Part shown: piece after piece, positions 6,892-15,769 of the stretch
Layout of the letters: every line of letters begins with the position of its first letter
How positions within the stretch are numbered: the first letter of the stretch is position 1
From: Lysobacterales bacterium
GTDB taxonomy: Bacteria > Pseudomonadota > Gammaproteobacteria > Xanthomonadales > SZUA-36
DNA: 24,000 bases
Assembly (NCBI GenBank): GCA_963665545.2
Contig: CAXXKZ010000007.1
Coordinates: 111,378 to 135,377, forward strand
Direction of reading: 5' to 3'
Position numbers and translations under genes: made by a program
Notes under the pieces: generated by a model
Seen by the model: the letters and a program-made list of their open reading frames with translations, nothing else
Databases searched by the model: none
Told to the model about the DNA's origin: nothing

Positions 6892-8238
6892 CTAACCCAC
6901 CCCTGCGCTGCATTTCTTGACCACGGCCACGATGGCGCCTGTCAGCGTTTCAAGCTGCTCAGCAGATATCACGTACGGCGGCATGACGTAGATTAATTGG
7001 CCAAAGGGCCGGACCCAAACTCCCTCGGCAACGAACATGCGCTGCACTTCGGCCATGTCCACTGCCTTTTCCATCTCCACCACACCGATGCTGCCCAGCA
7101 CCCGCACATCGTTGACGCCGTCGATGGTGGTGCACGGCGCCAGCCCTGCCCGAAGTGCGGTGGCAATCCCCTGCACCTGTTCGGGCCATGGTGACGCAGA
7201 CAACAGGTCAATGCTGGCCACGGCCACCGCGCAGGCCAGCGGATTGGCCATAAAGGTCGGGCCGTGCATGAACAATCCACCGGTATTCGCCGCGGACGAG
7301 ATGGTGGCGGCAATGCAAGCGCTGGTCACGGTGGCTCCGAGACTCATAAACCCACCCGTCAGCGCCTTGCCGATACAGATAATGTCCGGTGTAACGCCGG
7401 CGTGCTCGCAGGCAAACATCTTGCCGGTTCTGCCGAAGCCGGTGGCAATTTCATCGCAGATCAGCAACAGACCGTATTCATCGCACAGCGCGCGGGCCTG
7501 GGCCAGGTACTGTGGGTGATAGAACCACATGCCGCCCGCGGCCTGCACGATGGGTTCGAGAATAATTGCAGCCAATTCGTGATGGTGACGGGCCACCAAT
7601 TCAGCCAATGGCACGACATCTTGCGGGTCCCAGTCGGCGTCGAACCGCGTGCGGGGCTGGGGCGCGAAGACCTGCTCGGTAACCATGCCGCCAAACAGAT
7701 CGTGCATGCCCGTAACCGGGTCGCATACCGACATCGCCATAAAGGTGTCGCCGTGGTAGCCCGACCGGATCGTCAACAGGCGGCGCCGGTTCTCCTCAGC
7801 CTGCGCCAGCCAGTATTGGAACGCCATCTTGATGGCCACTTCCACGGCCACCGAACCCGAATCGCTATAGAAAATCCGCTCGAGCCCGGCCGGCAGCAGA
7901 TCGATCAGCCTGCGGCCCAGTTCAATAGCGGGTTCATGCGTGATGCCACCGAACATCACGTGCGGCATTTTTGCAATCTGATCGGCAGCGGCCGCGTTCA
8001 GCACCGGGTGGTTGTAGCCGTGAATAGCGGTCCACCACGAGGACATGCCGTCGATCAGCCAACGACCGTCGGCGAGCTGCAATTGCACACCATCGGCCGC
8101 CTGTACCGGGTATACCGGCAGCGGGTCCGACATGGAAGTGTATGGATGCCACAGGTGATTGCGGTCAAAGGCCAGTTGATCGTCCAAATTCCGCTTCGAG
8201 CGGTCCCACGAGGCCTTTTTTGGGCGGCCGCCCGTCAC
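6892..8238 (-). CDS. bioA: Adenosylmethionine-8-amino-7-oxononanoate aminotransferase
   Basis: Strong recalled similarity to E. coli BioA: [71 protein letters not shown] chose the GTG start at 8236-8238, which overlaps the bioD TGA as GTGA. Alternatives are ATG at 8265 (ORF-track start) or TTG at 8187 (giving MDDQLAFD..., closest to the E. coli N-terminus). Confidence 0.95.
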   Translation of the reverse strand: MTGGRPKKASWDRSKRNLDDQLAFDRNHLWHPYTSMSDPLPVYPVQAADGVQLQLADGRWLIDGMSSWWTAIHGYNHPVLNAAAADQIAKMPHVMFGGITHEPAIELGRRLIDLLPAGLERIFYSDSGSVAVEVAIKMAFQYWLAQAEENRRRLLTIRSGYHGDTFMAMSVCDPVTGMHDLFGGMVTEQVFAPQPRTRFDADWDPQDVVPLAELVARHHHELAAIILEPIVQAAGGMWFYHPQYLAQARALCDEYGLLLICDEIATGFGRTGKMFACEHAGVTPDIICIGKALTGGFMSLGATVTSACIAATISSAANTGGLFMHGPTFMANPLACAVAVASIDLLSASPWPEQVQGIATALRAGLAPCTTIDGVNDVRVLGSIGVVEMEKAVDMAEVQRMFVAEGVWVRPFGQLIYVMPPYVISAEQLETLTGAIVAVVKKCSAGVG

Positions 8239-8873
8239 TGCCAGTCGCCCAATTGAGCTGCACACTGCCGCACAAAGGTGGCTGACACCTCGGGGGCGAG
8301 TGGAATATCCAGCAGGACCGGCAGCCCTGTTCGCTCGACGATCACCGCCCTTGATGATTGACTGCCCTCGCCGTCGGACCCGGTGTTGTTGAAGACAATG
8401 CCGTGAATTGCAATGCCGCGCGATCGCAGTGCATCGACCGACAGCAAGCTGTGGTTGATGCTGCCGAGATAGAGATTGGCCACCAACACGACCGGCAAGC
8501 CCCAGTCACCTATCAGGTCCAGGTTGCTCAGACCATCGCTCAAAGGCACCATCAGGCCACCGGCGGGCTCTACCACCAGGAATCGTGCGGTGCGCGGAAG
8601 CTGCAGGGATGCACGGTCAATTTCCAGCCCGTCTATCTCAGCCGCGGCATGAGGCGACATGGGGCGGCTGAGGCGGAAGGCTTCAGGGTGCACCTCGCCG
8701 CCGTCTGCAAGCCGGGCAACCGTCATGCTGTCTGAGTTCTCAAGCTCACCGGCTTGAACGGGTTTCCAGTAGTCGGCGGTGTAACGCTCGACGAATATTG
8801 CAGCAGCAAGGGTCTTGCCGACTCCGGTCCCTATCCCCGCGATGACGCAGCCGTGCACGTGTGCTCTCCCCAA
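8235..8873 (-). CDS. bioD: Dethiobiotin synthetase
   Basis: 212-aa ORF with an N-terminal P-loop (GIGTGVGKT), a YWKPVQAG motif, and a position between bioF and bioA. The start is uncertain: ATG at 8873 overlaps the bioF end by 43 nt, and an in-frame GTG at 8856-8858 is an alternative. Confidence 0.9.
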   Translation of the reverse strand: MGRAHVHGCVIAGIGTGVGKTLAAAIFVERYTADYWKPVQAGELENSDSMTVARLADGGEVHPEAFRLSRPMSPHAAAEIDGLEIDRASLQLPRTARFLVVEPAGGLMVPLSDGLSNLDLIGDWGLPVVLVANLYLGSINHSLLSVDALRSRGIAIHGIVFNNTGSDGEGSQSSRAVIVERTGLPVLLDIPLAPEVSATFVRQCAAQLGDWQ

Positions 8874-10066
8874 TCCTCCCCACGACCGTCACGCGAGCCC
8901 TTCAGCACCTCGGCCAGCGCGGCCAACAGATCGTCGATTTCATTGGCGGTGTTAAAAGCATGCAGGCAAATGCGAATTCGCTCGGTGCCCGCGGCAACAC
9001 TCGGCGCGCGGATGGCCTTGACCCAGAATCCCCGAGCTTGCAGTTGATCGGCGGCAGCCAGGGCCGCCTCTTCGCCGGGCACGATTATCGACTGCACCCA
9101 GCTGTCACTATCCACCCAGCCGTGTAGTGAAGGGTGTTGGGAAGCAAGCTGCGAGCTTTGGGCCGCGCGGCGGAAGTGATCCACCAGCTTCAGGAGCTGT
9201 CGGCGACGATCATCGAGGTCCGGCAGTAGCCGGTAGGCCGCCCGAATGGCCAGCAACTGATCATGCGACGGTCCGGTCGAAAATATGAAGGGTCGGGAAA
9301 AATTTACCAGGTAAGACTTCAAAGCGGCCGAGCCCAACACGACGGCGCCGTGCAAGCCCATGCCTTTGCCAAAGGTGTGCACTCGAGCGAAGACCTCGTC
9401 GGCCAAACCCAGCTCACTGACCAGGCCGGCGCCGGCCGGCCCCATGATCCCATTACTGTGCGCCTCGTCGATGATCACGGCCGCAACGGCGTTGCGGGCC
9501 ACTGGGATGATTTTTTCTAGCGGCGCGAAATCGCCATCCATCGAGTAAAGGGATTCGATGCCGACAAAAACACAACCCTCGGCAGTGGCGCGGGCCTGAT
9601 CCAGTTTTCGTTCCAGATCGCCCAGGTCATTGTGTTTGAATTTCAGTTTCTCAGCCTTGCTCAGCCGCGCCCCGTCAATACTGGAGGCGTGCACCAATTC
9701 GTCCATTACCAGGCAATCGCCGGCTTTGGCGACGGCGGAATACAAACCCAGGTTGGCGGCAAAGCCGCTGCTGAACAACAGCCCGGCATCGCCACCATGA
9801 AATTCGGCCAGTTCCTGCTCCACCGACTCGGCCAGGGCGCTGTTGCCGGAAATCAGTCGTGAGCCGGTCGATCCTGCAGGTATGTTGTGCCAGGCGGCGC
9901 GTTGTTGGTCGATGGCCCGGCGGAGTTCAGGCGAACGACTCAGGCCCAGGTAATCATTGGAGCAAAAGTCCACGCCATCATGATGGATGGTGAGCGTTCT
10001 CAGCCTGTCGCTTTGCGCTCGCCGGCGCAGCGCGCCACGGAGGCTTTGCTCGACTTCATGATTCAC
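8831..10066 (-). CDS. bioF: 8-amino-7-oxononanoate synthase
   Basis: 411-aa ORF. SNDYLGLS motif, SMDGD motif and the PLP-lysine motif HTFGKGMG, all matching E. coli BioF from memory. The GTG start lies 2 nt after the bioB TGA. About 20 aa of C-terminal extension relative to E. coli. Confidence 0.9.
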   Translation of the reverse strand: MNHEVEQSLRGALRRRAQSDRLRTLTIHHDGVDFCSNDYLGLSRSPELRRAIDQQRAAWHNIPAGSTGSRLISGNSALAESVEQELAEFHGGDAGLLFSSGFAANLGLYSAVAKAGDCLVMDELVHASSIDGARLSKAEKLKFKHNDLGDLERKLDQARATAEGCVFVGIESLYSMDGDFAPLEKIIPVARNAVAAVIIDEAHSNGIMGPAGAGLVSELGLADEVFARVHTFGKGMGLHGAVVLGSAALKSYLVNFSRPFIFSTGPSHDQLLAIRAAYRLLPDLDDRRRQLLKLVDHFRRAAQSSQLASQHPSLHGWVDSDSWVQSIIVPGEEAALAAADQLQARGFWVKAIRAPSVAAGTERIRICLHAFNTANEIDDLLAALAEVLKGSRDGRGEDWGEHTCTAASSRG

Positions 10067-10068
10067 GA

Positions 10069-11157
10069 TCAGGCGATCGCCTCACCTTGAGCCGTGGCCC
10101 GAGAGCTGGCCTGAGCCCTGGCTCGAGTCTCAATTTGGGCCTCAGGCCGTGGCGGCATGGCATTGAGACCCAGTGTTTCAAACATGGCCCTGTCATCATC
10201 AACGGCGGGATTGGGGGTAGTGAGCAGCTTTTCACCGGCAAAGATGGAATTGGCGCCGGCCAGAAAGCACAAGGCTTGTTCTTCGGCACTCAGTTCCAGC
10301 CGACCGGCAGAAAGACGCACCATGGACTGCGGCATCAGTATGCGTGCCGCGGCGATCATGCGCACCAATTCAAACGTGGGTACCCGAGTCTGGTGCTCCA
10401 TAGGCGTACCAGGCACGGCGACCAGTGCGTTGATCGGCACCGATTCGGGGTGCTTGGGCAGCGTCGTCAGGGTGTGCAACAAATCAATGCGGTCGTCTTC
10501 ACTTTCGCCCATGCCAATGATGCCGCCACAGCACACTGTGATGCCAGCATCACGCACTCGACCCAGCGTGTCGAGGCGATCCTGGTAGGTTCGGGTGCTG
10601 ATAATTTTTGGGTAATAGTTTGCGCTGGTATCCAGGTTGTGGTTGTAAGCGCAAAGACCCGCTTCTTTAAGCCTGCGGGCCTGGTCGTCGCTCAGCATGC
10701 CCAGGGTGCAACACACCTCCAGGCCCATCTCGCTGATACCGCTGACCATGTCCAGAACACGATCAAACTGGGCGCCATCCCGAACTTCGCGCCAGGCGGC
10801 GCCCATGCAAAAACGGGTACTGCCTGCCGCCTTGGCCTCACGGGCGGCATCCAGCACCGGGTTGATCTGCATCAGCCTGTCGAATTCGACATCACTGTGA
10901 TTGTGCACGGATTGGGGGCAATAAGCACAGTCCTCCGGGCAGCCGCTGGTCTTGATCGACAACAAGGTGCATACCTGCACATCATTGGGTTGATGAAACT
11001 GGCGATGGACGCTTGCGGCCTCAAAAACCAGGTCAAGAAAAGGCATGCGGTAGAGTTGCGCCACGTCTTCGCGGTCGAGATTATTCGGTGCCGGGTTCAG
11101 TGCCGGTTTCTGGGGCGTGTTCTGATTGGGGGTCTGGGCCGTGGTTTGGGTCATCAC
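10069..11157 (-). CDS. bioB: Biotin synthase (radical SAM)
   Basis: 362-aa [14 protein letters not shown] radical-SAM cluster motif and a conserved BioB core ([18 protein letters not shown]). Low-complexity N-terminal ([21 protein letters not shown]) and C-terminal ([18 protein letters not shown]) extensions. Start is GTG at 11157 or the adjacent ATG at 11154. Confidence 0.95.
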   Translation of the reverse strand: MMTQTTAQTPNQNTPQKPALNPAPNNLDREDVAQLYRMPFLDLVFEAASVHRQFHQPNDVQVCTLLSIKTSGCPEDCAYCPQSVHNHSDVEFDRLMQINPVLDAAREAKAAGSTRFCMGAAWREVRDGAQFDRVLDMVSGISEMGLEVCCTLGMLSDDQARRLKEAGLCAYNHNLDTSANYYPKIISTRTYQDRLDTLGRVRDAGITVCCGGIIGMGESEDDRIDLLHTLTTLPKHPESVPINALVAVPGTPMEHQTRVPTFELVRMIAAARILMPQSMVRLSAGRLELSAEEQALCFLAGANSIFAGEKLLTTPNPAVDDDRAMFETLGLNAMPPRPEAQIETRARAQASSRATAQGEAIA

Positions 11158-11267
11158 CTGTAGATTCCTGCGGGTTCGCTGTGCCGGTATGGGATGGCAA
11201 TTGTAGCCTCATCCGCGACTAAAATCGTGGAATAATGGGCGCTGGGCATGACAGTAGAGAATCAGCA

Positions 11268-12140
11268 ATGTCAGTCATATCTGTAGAAAAACTGTCCTAC
11301 CAATATCCTGGCGGCGGGGTGGAGGCGGTTCGAGAGGTCTCATTTGAGGTTGGCCGCGGGGAAGTATTTGGTTTTCTGGGGCCCAGCGGGGCGGGCAAGA
11401 GCACCATGCAAAAGGTCCTGACCCGGCTGTTGCCGGGCTACAGTGGAAGCGCCCAGGTGTTCGGACAAGACCTGTCGAGCTGGGGCGATAATTTCTACGA
11501 AAACATCGGTGTGTGCTTCGAATTGCCGGCCAGTTATCTCAAGCTCACGGCGCGGGAAAATCTGGACCTGTTTGCCGTCCTTTACCGCAATGAGGTGCGC
11601 ACGACCGACGACCTGCTCGAGCAGGTAGGGCTGCTCGACGCCGCAGATCAACGTCTGTCGGAGTTTTCCAAGGGCATGCAGATCAGACTCAATTTCGCCC
11701 GCAGCCTGCTGAACCGCCCGGAGCTCCTGTTCCTCGATGAGCCCACCGGTGGGCTTGACCCCGGCAATGCGGCACGCATCAAGAAAATTATCCGGGCGCA
11801 ACGCACCGCGGGCACGACGGTTTTCCTGACCACCCACGACATGATGGTCGCCGATGAACTGTGTGACCGGGTGGCGTTCATCGTTGAAGGTAAGATCCCC
11901 ATTATCGATACCCCGCGTGAACTCAAGCTCAACTATGGTGACGCGGTGGTCGACATCAAGTGGCGTGATGACACCGGCCTCGATCGGCAATCCGTGCCGC
12001 TGGGATCATTCGATTCGCGCTCGTTGGCAGAGTCGTTGAATGCGCTGCAATCTGGTGGGCGGCGCATCGAGACGATTCATTCCCGCGAGGCCACGCTGGA
12101 ACAGGTTTTCCTCAAAGTGACCGGCAGCAGCTTGCAATGA
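11268..12140 (+). CDS. ABC transporter ATP-binding protein (ABC-2/drug-exporter type)
   Basis: Walker A GPSGAGKST, signature-like FSKGMQIRL, Walker B LLFLDEPTGGLD, H-loop TTHD. I prefer the ATG at 11268 (MSVISVEKL...) over the ORF-track start at 11235. The stop overlaps the permease start as ATGA (12137-12140). Confidence 0.9.
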   Translation: MSVISVEKLSYQYPGGGVEAVREVSFEVGRGEVFGFLGPSGAGKSTMQKVLTRLLPGYSGSAQVFGQDLSSWGDNFYENIGVCFELPASYLKLTARENLDLFAVLYRNEVRTTDDLLEQVGLLDAADQRLSEFSKGMQIRLNFARSLLNRPELLFLDEPTGGLDPGNAARIKKIIRAQRTAGTTVFLTTHDMMVADELCDRVAFIVEGKIPIIDTPRELKLNYGDAVVDIKWRDDTGLDRQSVPLGSFDSRSLAESLNALQSGGRRIETIHSREATLEQVFLKVTGSSLQ

Positions 12141-13621
12141 GCCCTGCCCGCCAGGCACGAACCGAACTGACGCTGCAAGGCCGCTATGGCATCCTCTATG
12201 CCGCGACGGCCGTTGTGATTCTCTGGGCGATCGTGCTTTGGGCCTTGCAACCGCCGCTTCGGGCCTTTTTGCTGCCGCCCCTGTTGGTCATGGATACCGC
12301 CGTATTTGGTTTTTTCCTGATGTCCGGCATGATGTTTCTGGAGAAGAATGACGGCGTGCTTGCCGCACTGGTTGTCACACCGATGTCCACCCGCACTTAC
12401 TTGCTGCGGAAAGTCCTGGTGTTAACAGCCGTGGCAGTAGTGCTGAGCCTGGTACTGGTGGGCTTGATGCTGGGCAACGCGGTGAATTGGCTGTGGCTGA
12501 CCGCGGGCATTGCGTTCGGGTCAGTGATGACCATGCTCGCCGGCTTTGTGTTGGCGACCCGATTCAACAGTATTTCGCAGTACCTTATACCGGCCAGCCT
12601 GATCATGATTGTGGTGCAGGTCCCGGCGCTGCATTACTTCAACCTGGTGCCGAGCGACCTGTTTTATTTGCTGCCCACCATGGCGCCGCTGGTGCTGGTC
12701 GAAGGCGCCTTCACAGGCTTGACAGCCACCGAAGCGGTCTACGGCATCGCATATAGCGCCGTGACCTGCCTGCTGCTACTGCGCTGGGCGGTTCGGGCTT
12801 TCGACCGTTTTGTAGCGGGCGGGCAGGCCGCAGCAAGCCGGCCTGTGGGCAGTGGCTCCACGCCCCCTCGTTCCCGCACCCCTCGTTCGCGTAACCGCAT
12901 ACTGGCATTGTTGGCGGGTGATGTGCGCAATATTCGGCGTGAGCCAATCTTGGCGTTCCTTTCAGTCTATGCCCTGATTCTGGCCACCGTGGGTCGCTGG
13001 CTGATTCCCTGGCTGGTGGAGGTCAGCGCGCCATTTGATTTCACCCCCTATGTCCTGTTGCTGGTCACTTTTCTCGCTGTTCAGACCGGGCCCCTGGTGC
13101 TGGGTGCCGTGGCCGGAATGCTGTTGCTGGACGAGCGCGATGACCGCAGCCTGCTGGCGTTACGGGCCACGCCCTTGCCACTGCGGCACTATGTGGTTTA
13201 TCGCACGGCCGTGCCCGTCGCGTTGAGTGCTTTGCTGTGTTTTGCGTCGGTCTATTTTGTCGCCCTGGTGGATGCCTCGGGAGTGCGGGTTGCCGTGGTG
13301 GCGGTCATCGCGGCGCTGGAGGGACCCATACTGGCACTGGCCGTGGCGGGCATGGCCAACAACAAGGTAGAGGGCATGGCGCTGTTGAAAGGTATGGGAA
13401 TATTCATGTTTGCGCCGGTCGCTGCATATTTCCTCGAGACGCCCTGGCGCTGGGCGCTGGGCGTGTTTCCCACCTTTTGGCCGGCGGAGTTGTTTTGGCA
13501 GGCGGTGGAGCCGTATGCTGCGTATCCCGAATTGAGCTTCTGGGCAACGGCCGTGGCCGGCTTGGGTATCCACTTGCTGTTACTGGCATGGCTCCTGAGA
13601 AGATTTGAGCAGAAGATTTGA
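12137..13621 (+). CDS. Fused tandem ABC-2 family permease (two homologous halves of about 6 TM segments each in one polypeptide)
   Basis: 494-aa, highly hydrophobic ORF. The two halves share the ABC-2 loop pattern (FLEKNDGVLAALVVTPMSTRTYLLRKV vs LLDERDDRSLLALRATPLPLRHYVVYRTA). They are joined by a basic, Pro-rich linker (STPPRSRTPRSRNR). Confidence 0.8.
   Translation: MSPARQARTELTLQGRYGILYAATAVVILWAIVLWALQPPLRAFLLPPLLVMDTAVFGFFLMSGMMFLEKNDGVLAALVVTPMSTRTYLLRKVLVLTAVAVVLSLVLVGLMLGNAVNWLWLTAGIAFGSVMTMLAGFVLATRFNSISQYLIPASLIMIVVQVPALHYFNLVPSDLFYLLPTMAPLVLVEGAFTGLTATEAVYGIAYSAVTCLLLLRWAVRAFDRFVAGGQAAASRPVGSGSTPPRSRTPRSRNRILALLAGDVRNIRREPILAFLSVYALILATVGRWLIPWLVEVSAPFDFTPYVLLLVTFLAVQTGPLVLGAVAGMLLLDERDDRSLLALRATPLPLRHYVVYRTAVPVALSALLCFASVYFVALVDASGVRVAVVAVIAALEGPILALAVAGMANNKVEGMALLKGMGIFMFAPVAAYFLETPWRWALGVFPTFWPAELFWQAVEPYAAYPELSFWATAVAGLGIHLLLLAWLLRRFEQKI
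12864..12893. repeat. Two tandem 15-bp units in the inter-domain linker of the permease
   Basis: CCCCTCGTTCCCGCA (12864-12878) followed by CCCCTCGTTCGCGTA (12879-12893), encoding PPRSR-TPRSR. Confidence 0.8.
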
Positions 13622-13655
13622 GCAGAAGATTTGAGTAGAGGATTTGAGAGGATTG
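13598..13655. repeat. 13-bp tandem repeat (AGAAGATTTGAGC), 3 near-perfect copies plus about 1.5 degenerate copies
   Basis: Copies at 13598-13610 and 13611-13623 are identical. The copy at 13624-13636 has 1 mismatch. 13637-13649 reads AGAGGATTTGAGA, followed by a partial GGATTG. The repeat spans the permease stop (13619-13621) and supplies the purine-rich RBS (GAGAGGA) for the ATG at 13658. Confidence 0.9.
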
Positions 13656-13657
13656 TA

Positions 13658-14434
13658 ATGGCGGATTTCGAAACCGTGCGATATGACCTGAATGGCGCCG
13701 TGGCGACGGTGTCGATGAATCGCCCGGACGCATTGAATGCATTTAACAGCGCGCTGCGAAAAGACCTGGCGGGCGCACTGACGCTGGCCGGCGGAGACAA
13801 CAAGGTCCGCGCAGTATTGCTCAAGGGTGAAGGCCGTTTGTTCGGCGCCGGCGCTGACCTGACCAGTGACGTCACAGATGATACCTACACAATGTTGATG
13901 GAAGAGTGGCGCCCCAGCCTGCGGCAGATCACGCAAATGCCCAAGCCGGTAATCGCCGTGGTACAGGGCGCTGCGGCCGGCATCCACATTTCCTTCGCGA
14001 TGGCCTGTGACCTCGCCATCATGGCGGATGATGCGCGCCTGGTGACGCCGTTTTCCAATATTGGCCTGATCCCGGATGGCGGCGCCAACTGGCTGTTGCT
14101 ACGCCAGTTGGGTTACAAACGCGCCTTCCGGATTGCGGTTGAGTCGCAAATACTGTGTGCTGCTGAGGCACTCGAAATGGGTCTGGTCAATCGCGTGGTG
14201 CCGCTCGACCAACTGGATTCGGAGGCAGACGCCTGGGCCGCCGAACTGGCCGCCCGCGCACCGCTGGCGATTGCCGGTATCAAAAAGGTCATGCGTTTGT
14301 CGGAAAATGTCGGGTTTGAAGAGGCCTATGAGGCGGAGTCGCGCATCCAGGGTGAGGTGTCCACCAGTGAGGACACCCAAGAAGGCGTTGATGCCTTCCT
14401 GAACAAACGCGAAGCAAATTTCATCGGCAGATAG
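13658..14434 (+). CDS. Enoyl-CoA hydratase/isomerase (crotonase) family protein
   Basis: Typical crotonase N-terminus (VATVSMNRPDALNAFNSAL, LLKGEGRLFGAGADL) and C-terminal EGVDAFLNKREANF. I prefer the ATG at 13658, preceded by GAGAGGA, over the ORF-track TTG at 13631. Confidence 0.85.
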   Translation: MADFETVRYDLNGAVATVSMNRPDALNAFNSALRKDLAGALTLAGGDNKVRAVLLKGEGRLFGAGADLTSDVTDDTYTMLMEEWRPSLRQITQMPKPVIAVVQGAAAGIHISFAMACDLAIMADDARLVTPFSNIGLIPDGGANWLLLRQLGYKRAFRIAVESQILCAAEALEMGLVNRVVPLDQLDSEADAWAAELAARAPLAIAGIKKVMRLSENVGFEEAYEAESRIQGEVSTSEDTQEGVDAFLNKREANFIGR

Positions 14435-14469
14435 TACCGATAATCACCCAAACCCCCTGGAATACACTT

Positions 14470-15669
14470 ATGTTTGATCACCTGAACCAGCTCCCTCCTG
14501 ACCCCATCCTGGGCATTATCGCGGCCTATGACGCGGACGACAACCCGGACAAAATCGACCTCGGCATCGGCGTTTACAAGGACGAAAGCGGCGCCACACC
14601 GATGCTCGATTCCGTGGTCGAGGCGGAGAAGATCCTGATCGCCAATCAGACCACCAAAACTTACCTCGGTCCGCCGGGCGTCGCTGCATTCAACACGGCG
14701 ATTTCGCAACTGCTTTTCGGCGCGGACAGCGCAGTTCTGGCTGATGGCAGGGTGCGCACCGTCCAGACCCCTGGCGGCACTGGCGCATTGCGCGTTGCCG
14801 GTGACTTGATCCACTACGCCAACGCCGATGCCAGGGTCTGGGCCAGCACGCCGACCTGGGGCAACCACGAAGCGCTGTTTCCGGGCGCCGGCCTGGCAAT
14901 GGGCAAGTACCCCTACTTCGATGCCGACAACAACAGCCTGCGCTTCGATGAGATGGTGGATGCCCTGTCACAACTGGGCCCCGGTGACGTGGCGCTGTTT
15001 CACGCCTGCTGCCATAACCCGTGCGGTGTCAGCCCCCAGCCGGAACAATGGGCAATACTCGCCAGTCTGGCGTCCAGCAAGGGATTTCTGCCCGTGATCG
15101 ACGCCGCCTACATTGGGTTCGAACGCGGCATTGAGGAAGATGGCCTGTCGATCCGGCTGTTTGCCGAGCACTGCCCGGAAGTCGTCATCGCCAGCTCTTG
15201 CTCGAAGAATTTCGCCCTCTATCGCGAACGCGTCGGCGCCATTTCCGTGGTCTGCTCGGACGCCGCCCAGGCAGCGGCGGCGGAGTCCGTCATCCATAAT
15301 CTGACACGCAAGAGCTACTCCATGCCGCCGGCCCACGGGCCGGCCATCGTCGACATTATTCTTCACTCCGAAACGCTCACTGAACAGTGGCGAGGCGAAG
15401 TAGCCAGGATGCGCGACCGCATCAGATCTCTGCGACACGCCCTGGTGGATCGAATCGCTGCAGCGGGCATCCAGAGGGACTTCTCCTTCCTCAAACAGCA
15501 ATCCGGCATGTTTTCTTTCCTGGGCCTGTCGGTGCAACAAGTGCATCAACTGCGGGACGAGTTTGCGATTTATACTGTGGACTCGGCACGGGCCAATGTG
15601 GCCTCGTTCAACGAGAACAATATGGATTATTTCGTATCGAGCCTGGCGGCGGTTTTAAACGCGGCGTAG
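14470..15669 (+). CDS. Aromatic-amino-acid/aspartate aminotransferase (AspC/TyrB family, class I PLP)
   Basis: 399-aa ORF collinear with E. coli TyrB/AspC from memory: DPILG, IDLGIGVYKDESG, QTPGGTGALRV, HACCHNPCG, the PLP-lysine motif SCSKNFALYRERVG, and MFSFLGL. Context next to Lrp and hppD suggests a tyrosine-catabolic role. Confidence 0.9.
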   Translation: MFDHLNQLPPDPILGIIAAYDADDNPDKIDLGIGVYKDESGATPMLDSVVEAEKILIANQTTKTYLGPPGVAAFNTAISQLLFGADSAVLADGRVRTVQTPGGTGALRVAGDLIHYANADARVWASTPTWGNHEALFPGAGLAMGKYPYFDADNNSLRFDEMVDALSQLGPGDVALFHACCHNPCGVSPQPEQWAILASLASSKGFLPVIDAAYIGFERGIEEDGLSIRLFAEHCPEVVIASSCSKNFALYRERVGAISVVCSDAAQAAAAESVIHNLTRKSYSMPPAHGPAIVDIILHSETLTEQWRGEVARMRDRIRSLRHALVDRIAAAGIQRDFSFLKQQSGMFSFLGLSVQQVHQLRDEFAIYTVDSARANVASFNENNMDYFVSSLAAVLNAA

Positions 15670-15673
15670 GTAT

Positions 15674-15734
15674 CCGGGGCTCCAGGTCGCGGGCCAAGGG
15701 GCCCTCGGAGCCGCAGGCGACCCGCCGGCCCCGG
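15674..15734. terminator. GC-rich nested hairpin region between convergent genes (possible bidirectional terminator)
   Basis: Outer arms CCGGGGC (15674-15680) and GCCCCGG (15728-15734). Inner arms GGCTCC (15678-15683) and GGAGCC (15707-15712). Core GGGCC-AAGG-GGCCC (15691-15704). No clear U-tract on either strand. Confidence 0.3.
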
Positions 15735-15769
15735 TTGGGTAAGTCGAGCAAAGCGAGACTCCTTCAGTG

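Noticed and set aside
7264-8256. Long antisense ORFs opposite well-supported genes: 7264..8256 (+, 330 aa) opposite bioA; 10087..11163 (+, 358 aa) opposite bioB; 18784..19845 (-, 353 aa) opposite the TonB receptor; and 5067..5810, 11340..11990, 13252..13875 and 14968..15549.
   Set aside because: Each fully overlaps a gene with strong family motifs on the other strand. Their sequences are Arg/Gly/Ala/Pro/His-rich with no recognisable motifs. This is the expected stop-codon-poor shadow frame in GC-rich DNA.
11201-11224. Imperfect palindrome TTGTAGCC-N8-GACTAAAA upstream of bioB, considered as a BirA (bioO-like) operator.
   Set aside because: Only 6/8 half-site symmetry. The 8-nt spacing and total length do not match my recollection of the roughly 40-bp E. 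coli bioO (TTGTAAACC...GGTTTACAA). Unsupported without comparative data.
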